Assembly: GCA_026025075.1 (NCBI GenBank)
Contig: JAPEUI010000058.1
Location: forward strand, 1 to 64,000
From: Vezdaea acicularis
Taxonomy: Eukaryota
Reading direction: 5' to 3'
Length of the DNA: 64,000 nt
Shown here piece by piece: positions 1 through 12,759 of this stretch. The notes below the pieces were generated by a model. It saw only the letters and a list, made by a program, of their open reading frames with translations, did no database searches and was not told where the DNA came from. Each line of letters begins with the position of its first letter. The stretch's first letter is position 1. The position numbers and the translations under genes are program-made.

Positions 1-40
1 CCCCACCCCCACCCCACCCCCCCCCCCCCCCCCCCCCCAC
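1..40. repeat. poly-C / (CCCCA)n tract
   Basis: Directly visible C-run; the minus strand is G-quadruplex-prone. May be truncated by the window edge. Confidence 0.8.
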
Positions 41-483
41 AAACGAACAAACCCCTCCCAGCGCGCCCGAAAATAAATCGTTCAGACGCTTCGACTAATC
101 GAGTCTGGGCCCCGAAAAGAAATGGTCCGGGCGCACGATAAATGTCTCCGGAAAGGGGCGGGAGGTGTCACGGCGGGAACTTCGTGATCCTTGTATAGTA
201 GATCGACGGTGGCAGGTGGTGGCGTAAACTTGCCGGAGGCGCTTGCTTGCGCTGTTGAAGCTGGGATGGAGAGGTTTTTTCCTAGCGTAGTATTTTGTGC
301 ACGGTTGAATAGAGGCGCTGCACGGTTGCGTGCAAAGGACGTGTATCATGGTATTCGTTGGCTCGTCTCTATTGACATGTTCTGGCAGATATGACCGACA
401 AATCCCTACGCCGAGGAACGCCGTGTTTTATATTCTAGATTGCGCCAACCAGAAAATACCCAAGAAATGCAAACCGTATCAAC

Positions 484-1908
484 TTATAGAACTATTCCCG
501 CGATCGTGCTGATAAGCACGATAATCATGATGTACCAAATCATCCGTTCTGTCGCAAGTCTGACCACCGTCCCTGCGCCGTTCTTGTTGGCAGACGCTCC
601 TTGAATAAAATCACCACCATAGGTCGGATTCGGACAATCGCTTGGCGAGGAGCCCCCTACCGTCGCAACCCCAACCACGACGCCCGGAAGGTCTCTGCGA
701 ATAAGCTTTTGCTGCGCGGAGCAACTTGGTTTGGTGGCAGACGAAGTTATGTTGATCCCAGATTCAACGCTCGTCTTGTTGGTCAAAACAACGGAATTAT
801 TGAGGGCGGACGGGTCGTCGAAAATGTACGAGTTGTTCCCCTCTATCTTTGCACCCTCTGGAGGGCTATAGCACTGGACTGTAACGTCTTCGATGATGGA
901 GTAATAGTAGCCATACGTTTGGATGTCTTGACTGGACCAATTGACAAGCCCACCGGCCCAGTCGATCGTCCCTTGCTTACTAGTCGGGAGCCCCGCAGGC
1001 CAGATGGAAAGCTGTATTCGAGAGGGTGTCTGGGGAAACTGGTATCGGTTGGTGGTAGCGTTCCAAGTAGCCGATTTATTCTTGACCCGGCCCACTTTGC
1101 CGTCGATGGACCATATAATCTGCTCGGGGGTCCATTCGAGCTCGTAAAGGTGATAATTCTCAAACGTGTTTGAAGTTGAGATGTTTGCACCATTGAAATC
1201 TATAGGTTCATCAATAATCCGTATTCTGATAGTTTGCTCGAGAGGCATACAGTCTGTTATCCCTTGAAAGTAGTAATTCGTCTGTGCAGTCCCCAAGTCT
1301 GCCCCAACAAATTCGAAATCAATTTCATCCTTAACGTCACTAAGGAAAATGAATGCCGTGATCACACCAGCGCCACGACTTGTCCTCATCCTGGCTGAAA
1401 CTTTGCCATACCAGATGTATCGAGTAGCAGTAAGGACCGTTCCCACACTATCTGGTGCCATAGTGAGAACAATGTTATTCTCAAAAATCATCGGGTGACC
1501 TTCAACTACCCAATTCGCTCCAGTAGCATCTCCAGAGAACTGAGTGGTCGCATTGATTCCATTCATGGAGTGAAACGTATAGTGCTCGCTTCTACAAGCC
1601 GGCTCCGGCGCACAAGAGTCTAGGGCATTCGAGTGAAGAGGGTCACAGCCACCCAGACAGTAAGTGCCCGTACCGCATTGGCCATATCCTATAAAGGCGT
1701 GTTCGATCAGCTTTTGCTACGTATTTGAGCCTCCAAGCCACCGCTCTCAGACATGGATAAACTCGGAAAAGGCAGTTTGCGTACGAGAACAACAAGCTTG
1801 GTCTGAAGGACATTTGACTCCATCGCCACATGGAATCGCCTTTTCTTGAGATACTGCGAGAGCTGCAAGACAAAGACCCAGTAGCCAAAGGCGTAACGTA
1901 TCCAGCAT
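484..1908 (-). CDS. GH16 chitin transglycosylase, Crh/Utr2 family (signal peptide, Cys-rich chitin-binding module, GPI-type C-terminus)
   Basis: Exons 1908-1785, 1688-1251 and 1199-484; the second intron is in-frame and read through in the ORF track. Signal peptide MLDTLRLWLLGLCLAALA, CCSRYGQCG..YCLGGC chitin-binding motif, DEIDFE catalytic motif and a hydrophobic C-terminus. Confidence 0.92.
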
Positions 1909-3994
1909 TCTCGCACGCTCGCCCTCAAGCTGAAGAGGAGTCTCCCGATCTCTATGGCGGTTGCAGGAAAATAGTTGCTTTCGCATAGCAGACACACCCA
2001 GGTATATCAGAGGTCAGCATGAATTGTAAGCCTGTCAGAGAAGTGTTTGCAATGCACCGAAGGAAAGACATGATGAGAAATTCGCCCGAATTCGACATGG
2101 GAGCCACAACGTGGTGAAGGATGTCTCCGAAGAGCGGCAAGGATGTAGGAAAAGCTTCTGGTGATCTTAGCGTAGTTTCTAAGATCTTCTAGTCCTGCAG
2201 AATCCAGATAAGAACGATTGCAAATGAGGGGGCGAGGATATCTTGCTTCTCGCCGCCAAAGAGATTCAGGTAGAGCTTCAATCCCAGTCAGAGGCATAGG
2301 AAGCGCCTCCTTCAGCTGTCCATCGGCCGAGGTGACAGAACTGTCCATGATCGCGCCGCCGTCTTAGAATCAAGGTCCATATTAGGATCGATACGCAGTC
2401 GGTCCGCTGGGAACATTAAGACGGCGCCCAAGAGAACGCAATTATTTTCAAGAGGTTGACCTGCCGTTCTACTGTACCAAGCCATACAATTTTACTGGAC
2501 CCTTTGTGCGGGTGACACGGGTGGTCGCCGACGCGGGACGGGCAGTTCTAGATGAGACCGCGTTGCGTTGTCTAGTTGAGATGACACTCGCGTGCCGTAA
2601 AGTATCCGAAGGTTTGGAAATCTTTAGTAAAAACATCTTCAGTGCGCCTTCGCTTTAGAACGGAGCAATGACGAGGGGAACGACAAAATCTTTAGCTGGT
2701 AAATATATTTCAGCGACGCTGCGTATGACTGTAAATCAGCCATGTGGTCGCATATGGGACTTGTCTTGACATTTTTGTAAACAAGTCATTTCGCTCGGCT
2801 TCTCTTGCGGCTCTGCGAAAGCGATCAAAAAAGGCAGTCTCACAGAGATGGTTGAACGTGACATTGACGTTCTAGGCAATCCATATGCTCAGAAACAAAC
2901 AATGAGGCAGACACAAGTACGTCGGGCGGAAGTTTCGGCAGTCAAGCAAATCACTATGACGACAAAGCGAAGAACTTAGAGCTTTCTTTATGTATCAACA
3001 AGGAACAGGGACGAAGAGAAGATATACGAGATCGCGATAAGTCCTGTCAGCACGCGTTGTACATGTCAATGCCTACAGTCAGCAGGCAATCTTCGAGGGC
3101 AAGCTTTAGCTCCGCAGGGTTTGACGCATATCCCACCCCTGGTCCTCCTGATACTCCAAACCCCCTTAGCCTTCACTACAATCCAATTACTCATTCCTCT
3201 CACACATCACGTTTGCGGCGATCTCCGCACCCAAGATCAAGTGAAGTCAAACTAAAAGCAACATCACTTGAAACTCCTGATTGAAAGCTATTGCCGCCAG
3301 TGAGCTTGCGTCATGGCCTCTGGCGCTTTCCTAAATCTCAGAACTCCGAGGTCAACATGACTAAAAGCTATATGCATTGAGTGGATCGAAGATCACATGT
3401 GCTCTTTATTCAGCAGAGAAGTCATGGGTTTGCAAGGTCTTATCTTCGAGCAACCTTGTATTGTCGTGTGCTAGATGTATCAGGGCTGATGTCGTTCTCG
3501 ACATGGCAAGAGCTATGAAAGTTACGCCGTCGTGGCCAGTTGGCCGTACTCTATTTCCTTCTATGTGCGTTTCAAGTCACTACAAGCCACACCTACCAGA
3601 GTTTTCCCTTCGACTTGGAGCTATTGGCTTAAATCTGACAGCCCTCATGCAGGCCCTGGTCATATGCCGTAGCATATGTGCCCTTATCCCCGCAGGAAAG
3701 GGCTACGAAAATTTTCGAGGTAACGCTAAGAGCTGATCAGCCTGGAATCGAGCTTATGGATTCACCTGATGGCGAAGTCCCTCGGAGGTCTCAGGATTTC
3801 CAGGCTGAAGATCAAAGAAGTTTATTCCTAAGAATGTCGTAAGCTCACACGCCCATTTCCAGAACTTGCACTACAAATTCAAAGATAAGACCTCATGGAG
3901 AAACAAGAATAGCGCTGTCTATTCCCTAAATTCACATCAGGTCGACGGGGCGTCGGCCAGAGAAGATTGAGGCTCTGAGCCTCCATCCCTCATC

Positions 3995-5656
3995 ATGTCG
4001 ATATCAGGCTTCTTTAATCCGGAGGTTTTGGCAGAGCGCACAGGTGCGAGAGATGTCATAGAGCGACCCGGGGTGAGAGGAATCACAGTCTCAGTCAGGA
4101 CGAAACCCAACTTAGACATTGAGTCTCAAGGAGCTGAAGAGCCTGCTCGGGAGTCTACTTTTTCGAACTCAGGAGCGCCAGAAATAAAAGAGTCCGGCAT
4201 TTCAGATAATTCAAACGTCCCCAAAATGTCCCTGACCGGTGTTTTCTGGTTCTTCTTCACAAACTTCGGTCTATTCGCCTGGGGTGGGCCAGTAGCACAG
4301 ATTATGCTACTCAAGACCCAGCTTGTGTTGAAAGATAGATGGATTTCTCTCAGCAGGTTTCAACGAGTGTACGCAGTTTACCAGATTCTTCCCGGTCCGG
4401 AAGCCACCAAGTTATGCATGTTTTTCGGTTGTTTGTCTGCTGGTCGATTAGGTGGCGTTGTTGCGGGGTTTGCATTCATACTCCCTGGATTCCTCTTGAT
4501 GATTCTCGCGAGCTACCTCTATTCTCTGGCTGGATTGAAAAACGACTACTTCAATGCCTCTTTTAAGGCTTTGCAACCCATAGTTGCGGCAATGGTATGA
4601 AACTTTTTACTTTTCGAGAAGGTGTTAGCTGAGGATTGACGATTCATAGATGTTGCGAGCTACGCACAACATGGCCGAACATTCACTAGTAGATCCTACG
4701 ACATTAACGATAAATCCGTTCCTTCTCATGGCAGCCATCTGTACCGCTCTGAATAGCGCACTTCATATTAATATGTGAGTTTGACACACTCTTGTAGGCT
4801 TAGAGCGCCCACCTGATATGGCGATCCTATTTAGATTCATATCTCTCGCAGTTTACGGAGTCATATACGCCTTTGTTGCCCGTCGTCTCTGGATCTCTGC
4901 TGCATTGTTCTTTATCTTGCAATATGTCGGCTTTGGGCTCTACGTTCACTTCCAAGGCTTTCCCTCCTCAGTCTCCTTTGCCCTCGGGGTAGCGAAGACT
5001 CCGTCTCTTCTTCACCTTTTTATACTAGGGCTTGTTACTGGATTCCTCTCATTTGGTGGAGCCTATACTGCCATACCACTCATTCATGGGGAAGCAGTTC
5101 TACGGGGAGCTTGGCTGCCCCAGAGCGTCTTCATCGATTGTTTGGCCATTTCGAATATCATCCCAGCCCCTCTTACAATTTTTGCAACGTTTGTTGGCTT
5201 CCAGGGCGGCAAAGTTGAGAATGGGTACAAGGATGCCTTCCCTGGAGCCATCATTATCACCATTGCAATCTTTCTTCCGAGTTTCATTATGACCATTGCT
5301 GGGCACGGCTTGCTCGAAAGGGTGGTTCAAAATGTAGTGAGTATCAAACAAGTCCCAAAGCTTGGTCAACCATTGACCATCGCCAGTTTCTCTCCCACTT
5401 TTTTGATGGTCTCTGCGGCGCTGTCATCGGTGTTGTCGCAGTGACGACCGCGCAATTTCTTCTCTCAAGCGTTGGCGGAAAGTCATCCGGAAGCGACAAC
5501 TCCGATGGTCTAACCGTCAAGTCCGTATCCCAAGGCGCCCCCGCGGCGGTTGTCTGCATGATCGCATTGGCTACGCTCTACAAGTACGACAACAAGTATA
5601 CGGGACTGTTGTTAATAATTTCTGGGGCTATCGCAGGCCAATTCTTGTTCCTCTGA
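3995..5656 (+). CDS. Chromate ion transporter (ChrA/CHR family, two-domain)
   Basis: Exons 3995-4594, 4650-4774, 4835-5333/5336 and 5387-5656. Motifs FAWGGPVAQI, QILPGP, SFGGAYT and IPAPL are typical of the duplicated CHR domains. Confidence 0.9.
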
Positions 5657-6341
5657 CTAGAAGAGGAATGCGATCGAGAATACTGCTATCTTGGATTGGG
5701 AGTTCTGAGTGGAGCTTGGTCATGGGTGAGCATTAGAAGGAAGCATTTGAGATCAATATTTATTGGAGCAACGAGTATTGGACCTGTACAGACCTTGATA
5801 ATTGTTAAAATAATTGAGTAGTGAGTGCCGTAAGGACACTACTGGATGGAAATATCTTACAGAGTGTACTCCACGCCCCTATGGCCAGAAATACGCTTGA
5901 TCTCCTGGCCATAATACTTGAAGTGTACCAAAGAAAATGCTCTATTCGTCTAGTCTAATTCTACTCGCCTATGCCAAAGCAATTCATGAGGTCCCAATCG
6001 GTTTCTCGGTAACGCTCAATACTTCAACGTCCATCTCCACCTATCCATAGATATCAGCGTCAAGGACGACATATGAGAATTTAAGACTATATACCAGCGT
6101 TCCCCACTTAACTATTAGCTCCTCCCCTTTCCCTTCACCTCCATCCTGCTCCAAAACGTTCCCTCATTACCAATCAATCCTAAAAGTAATCTAGTATATA
6201 AAAGACAAGAATTTCTTGGTAGAGGGTGGGGAGGTTGGCAATATTTCTCGATTATTGTTCGCTAACATATGTGTACCTCTATCAACAAATAATGGTTGAA
6301 GCACTGACCCATATGCGTTAATTAATAACACAACGTTGTTT

Positions 6342-9300
6342 TCACACATGAACGCCACGATGCCTGACAGTCCTCTCACGTCTGGCCAACCAGTTCCTCA
6401 ACTTGTCCATACGGCCGGGTTTCGCATACAACATGCCGGCTAGGATGCCCTTGCTCCTCAACGTGTCGGGATGCTCCTCCCTGAGAGTACGCTTCCTCGT
6501 CTCCAGCACCGTCACATCCAGCCCCTCGGCCTCGTCCCACCGGCCCTGGCTCCCGTAGGTGCTGGCCAGGTTGCCTATGTACCTCAGCGTATCGGGATGC
6601 TCCTCTCCGAGGGTACACTTGCTCATTTCCAGCACCCTCACCTCCAGCCCCTCGGCCTCGCCCCACCGGTCCTGGTTCCAGTAGGTGCAGGCCAGGTTGG
6701 CCATGCTCCTCAGCGTGTCGGGATGCTCGTCTCCGAGGGTACGCTTCCTCGTCTCCAGCACCCTCACCTCTAGCCCCTCGGCCTCGTCCCACCGGCCCTG
6801 GCTCGAGTAGGTACTGGCCAGGTTGGCCATGCTCGTCAGCGTGTCGGGATGCTCGTCTCCGAGAGTACGCTTCCTCGTCTCCAGCACCCTCACCTCTAGC
6901 CCCTCGGCCTCGTCCCACCGGTCCTGGCTCGAGTAGGTAACGGCCAGGTTGGCCATGCTGCTCAGCGTGTCGGGATGCTCGTCTCCGAAGGTACGCTTGC
7001 TCGTCTCCAGCACCCTCACCTCCAGCCCCTCGGCCTCGCCCCACCGGTCCTGGTCGCGGTAGGTACCGGCCAGGTTGGCCATGCTCCTCAGCGTGTCGGG
7101 ATGCTCGTCTCCGAGGGTACGCTTCATCGTCTCCAGCGCCCTCACATTCAGCCCCTCGGCCTCGCCCCACCGGCCCTGGTTCCGGTAGGTGCAGGCCAGG
7201 CAGGCCATGCTCCTCAGCGTGTCGGGATGCTCGTCTCCGAGGGTACGCTTCCTCGTCTCCAGCACCCTCACCTCCAGCCTCTCGGCCTCGCCATACCGGC
7301 CCTGGTTCCGGTAGGTACTGGCCAGGTTGCCCATGCTCCTCAGCGTGTCGGGATGCTCGTCTCCGAGAGTACGCTTCCTCGTCTCCAGCACTGTCACCTG
7401 CAGCCCCTCGGCCTCGCCCCACCGGCCCTGGTGCTGGTAGGTGCCGGCCAGGTTGCCCATGCTCCTCAGTGTATCGGGATGCTCGTCTCCGAGGGTACGC
7501 TTCCTCGTCTCCAGCACTGTCACCTCCAGCCCCTTGGCCTCGCCCCACCGGCCCTGGCTCCGGTAGGTGCAGGCCAGGTTGGCCATGCTGCTCAGCGTGT
7601 CGGGATGCTCGTCTCCGAAGGTACGCTTGCTCGTCTCCAGCACCGTCACCTCCAGCCCCTCGGCCTCGCTCCACCGGCCCTGGCTCTGGTAGGTGCCGGC
7701 CAGGTTGCCCATGCTCGTCAGCGTATCGGGATGCTCGTCTCCGAGGGTAGGCTTCCTCGTCTCCAGCACCCTCACCTCCAGCCCCTCGGCCTCGCTCCAC
7801 CGGCCCTGGCTCTGGTAGGTGCAGGCCAGGTTGGCCATGCTGCTCAGCGTGTCGGGATGCTCGTCTCCGAGGGTACGCTTCGTTGTCTCCAGCACCGTCA
7901 TCTGCAGCCCCTCGGCCTCGCCCCACCGGCCCTGGTCCTGGTAGGTGCCGGCCAGGTGGGCCATGTTCCTCAGCGTGTCAAGATGCTCCTCTCCAAGGGT
8001 ACGCTTCATCGCCTCCAGCACTGTCACCTGCAGCCCCTCGGCCTCGCTGCACCGGCCCTGGTCCCGGTAGGTGCAGGCCAGGTTGCCCATGCTCGTCAGC
8101 GTGTCGGGATGCTCCTCTCCGAGGATACGCTTCGTCGTCTCCAGCACCGTCACTTCCAGCCCCTCGGCCTCGCCCCACCGGCCCTGGTGCTGGTAGGTGC
8201 CGGCCAGGTTGCCCATGCTCCTCAGTGTGTCGGGATGCTCGTCTCCCCGGACACGCTTCATCGCCTCCAGCACTGTCACCTGCAGCCCCTCGGCCTCACC
8301 CCACCGGCCCTGGTTCCGGTAGGTGCAGGCCAGGTTGCCCATGCTCCTCAGCGTGTCGGGATGCTCCTCTCCAAGGGTACGCTTCGTTGTCTCCAGCACC
8401 GTCACCTGCAGCCCCTCGGCCTCGCCCCACCGGCCCTGGCTCTGGTAGGTACTGGCCAGGTGGGCCATGCTCGTCAGCGTGTCAAGATGCTTCTCTCCGA
8501 GGGTACGCTTCCTCGTCTCCAGCACCGTCACCTGCAGCCTCTCGGCCTCGTCCCAGCGGCCTCGAGTGGAGTAAAATTCACTGAATGATTCGGCTTCGGA
8601 GTTCAACGACCCATTACTGAAGCCATTTTCCTTCAGGAATTGCTTATCGTTAGAAACACATGTATCTATGTGTGCCAAGATTTCCTGCTTCCTTTCAAGA
8701 TCAGCCGTAGAAATGAGATCAGAGTCCAGAAGAATCGTTATAAGTTTTATCGCTTCTTTCGTGAATTCCTGCCGATCGGTGACTTTACGCAACTGGAGCC
8801 AATCGCGAATGAGGGGGTGCAGAGAAAATTGTGCTCCTGCAGAGCCCAGCTTTGGAGTGCTACTTTCGAGCAAAGACAGTTGTTGCAACTCACGAAGAAG
8901 GTCCCAATACAATTCAGAGTTCCATTTTTGGTTGCTTGACTGGGTTTTCAATTCCGGATAAACATCTGGGCCAAAAGAGGCCTTGCCGAAGGAAGACGTG
9001 TTTGGCTGTTCTAAATGGTCTGTTTCATCATAACTTGACCGGAATATCTGAATCCATTCAGGAATGGGATTTGCGTACATTTGAAAATATCTAAAGAGAT
9101 ATTCGCCGATGTTTGATGCTTCGAGGAATGCTGAAAGGGTTAGAAAATGCGTCATGTTTCTTTTGCGTCGCGAGTTGTCTGGTGCAATCTGTTGAAAAGA
9201 CATTTCCCAAGTAGTATACGCATTGATGCTTCTTTCTTTCTCTGTATCATTGTTGAACTTTTTATACTCCCAGAAATACTTGGGTGTATATTGTAAAACT

Positions 9301-11281
9301 TTTTCTCTCTGCGCCTCGAATTCTGGTAGAAATTCAGAAAGAAGAATCGCTTTATAGCTAATGTAAGCGGCAGCTTGATCGATGGCTAGAGCAAGATTCC
9401 CTAGCCTTTGGAGAATTTTGGAGCCCTCGGAATAATTGAGCTTTATATCATCAATTGAGTATTGACGCAGAAGCAACCTCAATCCTTCGTCGTTAGTCAT
9501 CGGGGGAACCTTGATCAGTTTTCCCAATCTTTTTGTTGCTTCGTGTCGACTTGTAAATAGAATCACCCCGTGTCCACCTTGAGTAGTCAGCAGAGGCAGA
9601 CGTACTTCCAGAAGGGAGCTTACCGGAAGGAATGAAAGTTTTGATGTTTGTAAACGCACTTGGCTGGTCGTAGTTATCAAATACAAGCATCCAGTAGTCA
9701 TCCCATTCCTCCAAACTACTCTTCACAAACTCGATTTTAGAATCCAGACTCCTTAATATCCTTCCATGCGTTGAATTGAGCTTGTTAGCTATCAACTCAA
9801 TCGATTTTTCTGCTGTCGATTGGGAGGTCGCATCAATCCAGAAGATCCCACGAAACGTCGTTTTGGATCTGCGGCAATATTCAAGCGCAAGTTGTGTTTT
9901 GCCCTGCCCGCCGAGAGCTTGAAGAACCAAAATCTTTGGGCGAGCCGTGGTGCTTCTATTTGAAAAATCAAATTTCATGGTTTCAAGAAGATCTTCTCGC
10001 CCAATGAAATCAGAAACCTGAATAGATGGAACTTCGTAATATTTCTGAAGCGGTGTACGTACTACGCACAACATTAAACTCTCGAAATTACCATCTAATC
10101 AGAATAGAATAAAATACATTCTGAACGAACTTGAAGCAGTTCCGGCCCTTGCTCTACCATTTTCACCAATTCTTTACGTACGACCAAAAAATCTTCTTCC
10201 GTTCGCCGTCCAAATTTATTCATATCGAAATGATTGCGCGACATTGAATGCTTCTCTGTTGCTTCGGACGGATCAAGGCACCCAGCACTCTCGTCAACTA
10301 GAAAAGTCTAGGTTTTCGGTTCTCAGTAAGCTGTGACGATTTCAAGTCTGTACTTACCAATTTGTCTTTTCCTCCTACAATTCTGCCAACGTTACTACGT
10401 TTCTGCTCGAAGAAACAGACCACGGGAGTCTTGTGTTTCTCCTGCCTAGTCTCCATGAATGTGTCCATTAGATCAACCAGCATTTCGTTCCCTGGAGCCA
10501 GAATGTTGAGATTGGCAATCTGGATCTGCTCCTCCGCATACTGACTCAGAGCAGCTTTGAGCATCGTAGTCTGGTCCATACCCCCAGCCCCTCGGAAAGG
10601 CGTTCCAAAAAACATCATTCCTACAGTGGAAGTATATATACCCGGCCACTTCAAATGCGCTCGTTTTGCTTCGACAATAGTCTAAATTCCGTTAACATAT
10701 ATCGCTCAACGATTCCAACACGAACTTTTAGCACCACGAGACCGCCAAAGCAGTGTGCAATGAATATCAGCGGGCGATCAGGGCAGTTCTATATCAATTT
10801 TGTAAGCACCAAAAACAGTGCCATTTAATGCACGAGACACATACCACTCTTAATAGTTTGAGCTGTTCCAATAGACGTTTTGCTATAATTGGAACCTTTG
10901 TGCTGATTGCATTGTCCCCAAACCACTGAGATTCGTAGCCATACCTAAGTATTCGAGTGTTCGAGACTGCTGCCGGAAGCATGTCTTGTAGCCAATTGAC
11001 ATAGTGCTGATCTACACCATCGCCAACCTTCTTACACCAGGTGTCATCGGGATGCGCTCCGATGCCATGAATTGCAATTATACTTGAGGACCTTAGCATA
11101 CTATTTAGAGCGTACGATAGAGCGCAAGGTCATACTCAACAATAGCGGCTAGATCGGTTTCTGGCGTCTCATCCAACACATCGTAAAGAGTTTTGAGTCC
11201 GATATCGTCCTCCGTGACCGGTCGTACCTAAGACTTGATTGGCATAAATGTGTGCCATCAGCGGACCCTAGCACTCACCAT
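6342..11281 (-). CDS. Fungal NLR: N-terminal SesB-like alpha/beta hydrolase, NB-ARC and 17 TPR repeats
   Basis: Inferred exons 11281-11279 (ATG only), 11227-11136, 11082-10845, 10788-10726, 10681-10358, 10307-10118, 10061-9624 and 9577-6342 all join in frame. Hydrolase motifs IIAIHG, YGYES, FIAHCFGG, FFGTPFRG and NHFDMNKF; Walker A GGQGKT; Walker B LVFDNYD; LALAIDQAAAYI. Confidence 0.9.
6430..8571 (-). repeat. Tandem array of 17 x 126 bp TPR-coding repeats with high internal identity
   Basis: 42-aa unit xxQGRWxEAEGLEVxVLETRKRTLGDEHPDTLxSMxNLAxTY counted 17 times; GC-rich compared with the rest of the gene. Confidence 0.95.
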
Positions 11282-12060
11282 ATTGATGTATCAAAAGTCT
11301 AGATCAAGATGATGCTGTTCGTGATCACGTCGCATATAAGGTAAGCTTTAATGCAAAGCATAGCTGATTAATGTCCATGTCTTGTCCGTACAGCCTTGCC
11401 CACAAGGCTGTGAGGCAGCAGCTGCAACGCTTATTGGATGAGTTCCCGAGGCCGTCACTCGTAACTATTCGGACACTTGAACGGCTGATGACGGATTTAA
11501 TGCTTATAACTGAGATACTCCTAAGGTATAAAAGGCTGCAGTATGATCTCCAACTCTTAACAGATGGATCAATCAATCGAGACATACCACTATGAGTGAC
11601 CACCGGGATGGGGGGACGGAGGATATGAGCTTTATCAACGGATCGAGCCATGACAAGGGTAAATGAAATAGAGAAGCACGTTTGGGTGCTGAGCAAATGT
11701 TGGCTGCCAAAATCAAGGGTTTGGCAAAGCACCGCAAGGGCGGCAAGCACCTTGCTAGAGCAACCGATAGAAACGGCGGCACTAAATAGCGGCCACTTCG
11801 CCGACAATCCTATCCTGTCTGAGGCTGGAAGAGCTCGGGATGTGTGCCCTAAGGCTGTCCCTTACCATAAAGCCTCAAGCAACTAAAGTGCTATGAAGAA
11901 ATGATCACCCTTCAAGGGCCCCATGACTAGCTCATCTCAGTAGCTGCGGCAGTGATTAAATCCTCTAAGCAGAGGCTCCAGCTGCTATACACGTCAGACC
12001 TTACTATGCACTTTTAATAAATCGCAGTCCAAAAAGCCGACGGCTGTCGCTTGAATACCA

Positions 12061-12272
12061 GCGAAGGGGTGGAGGAAATTGATGGCGCATGAATGGGGTT
12101 TCCCCCAGCTAAATGCTATACACTCGAAGGCACAAAACGGCCCTGCCAGGCTGCGGGCATAACCCGGAGCACGCTAGTCCAACAAGAGTAAAGCCGCAGT
12201 CCTATCGAGCTCATACCAAGAATAACTATCATCGATTGTCGACGATCTCGGAACTGCTGAAAGTAGCGCATG
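12061..12272. repeat. Degenerate dispersed repeat, copy A
   Basis: 12124-12272 aligns by eye to about 17662-17809 at roughly 80% identity. 12061-12090 is a 26/30 inverted match to 17840-17869. Confidence 0.8.
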
Positions 12273-12759
12273 GACATAGAGTAAAGGGCCGGAAGCGTGT
12301 ATATACCTGCGCAGCGACGCAAACATCCATGAATCACAAGCTTCCATAACAATGTAACACTAACGGAGCCCAACTTTGATGGCCCAACTCTCTAAGTTGC
12401 TTTTAATTAGCAAGAGCTATTGAATAATCGCGTGTGGCCATGAGCTAAAGTGCTTCACTATGCAACGCACGTTAAATGTCTTGACTACCTTTGCTATTGT
12501 TCCCATATATGTTTGAGTAGCATGCGCAATCTCACCACTGATTATCAATATAAGATCTCCAATTTTGTTTGTAATTCATATCTCATTGTACCGTTGCAAG
12601 AATCCAAGCCGAAGGATGACATAAACACCAAAGATCAGGTTCAGATGCCCGTAGCGATACGCATGTGTACTCAAGACTTTTGCCCCCCCATTGTGAACTC
12701 AAGCCCCTTATTCATGAAAGACAAAGAATGCTCCTTAATTCCACCAACAAGACATCTCG

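Noticed and set aside
2007..3736. ORFs between the GH16 gene and the chromate transporter
   Set aside because: No motifs or consistent splice structure; probably a divergent promoter region.
6376..8588. Long alternative-frame and antisense ORFs (516 aa, 537 aa) over the TPR array
   Set aside because: By-product of a stop-free GC-rich 126 bp repeat; no independent coding signal.
11136..11281. Amyloid signalling motif at the NLR N-terminus
   Set aside because: No G/N/Q-rich pseudo-repeat, and the NLR carries its own effector domain.
11309..11595. Possible spliced small ORF divergent from the NLR
   Set aside because: It starts under 30 bp from the NLR ATG and has no recognisable domain, so it is unsupported.
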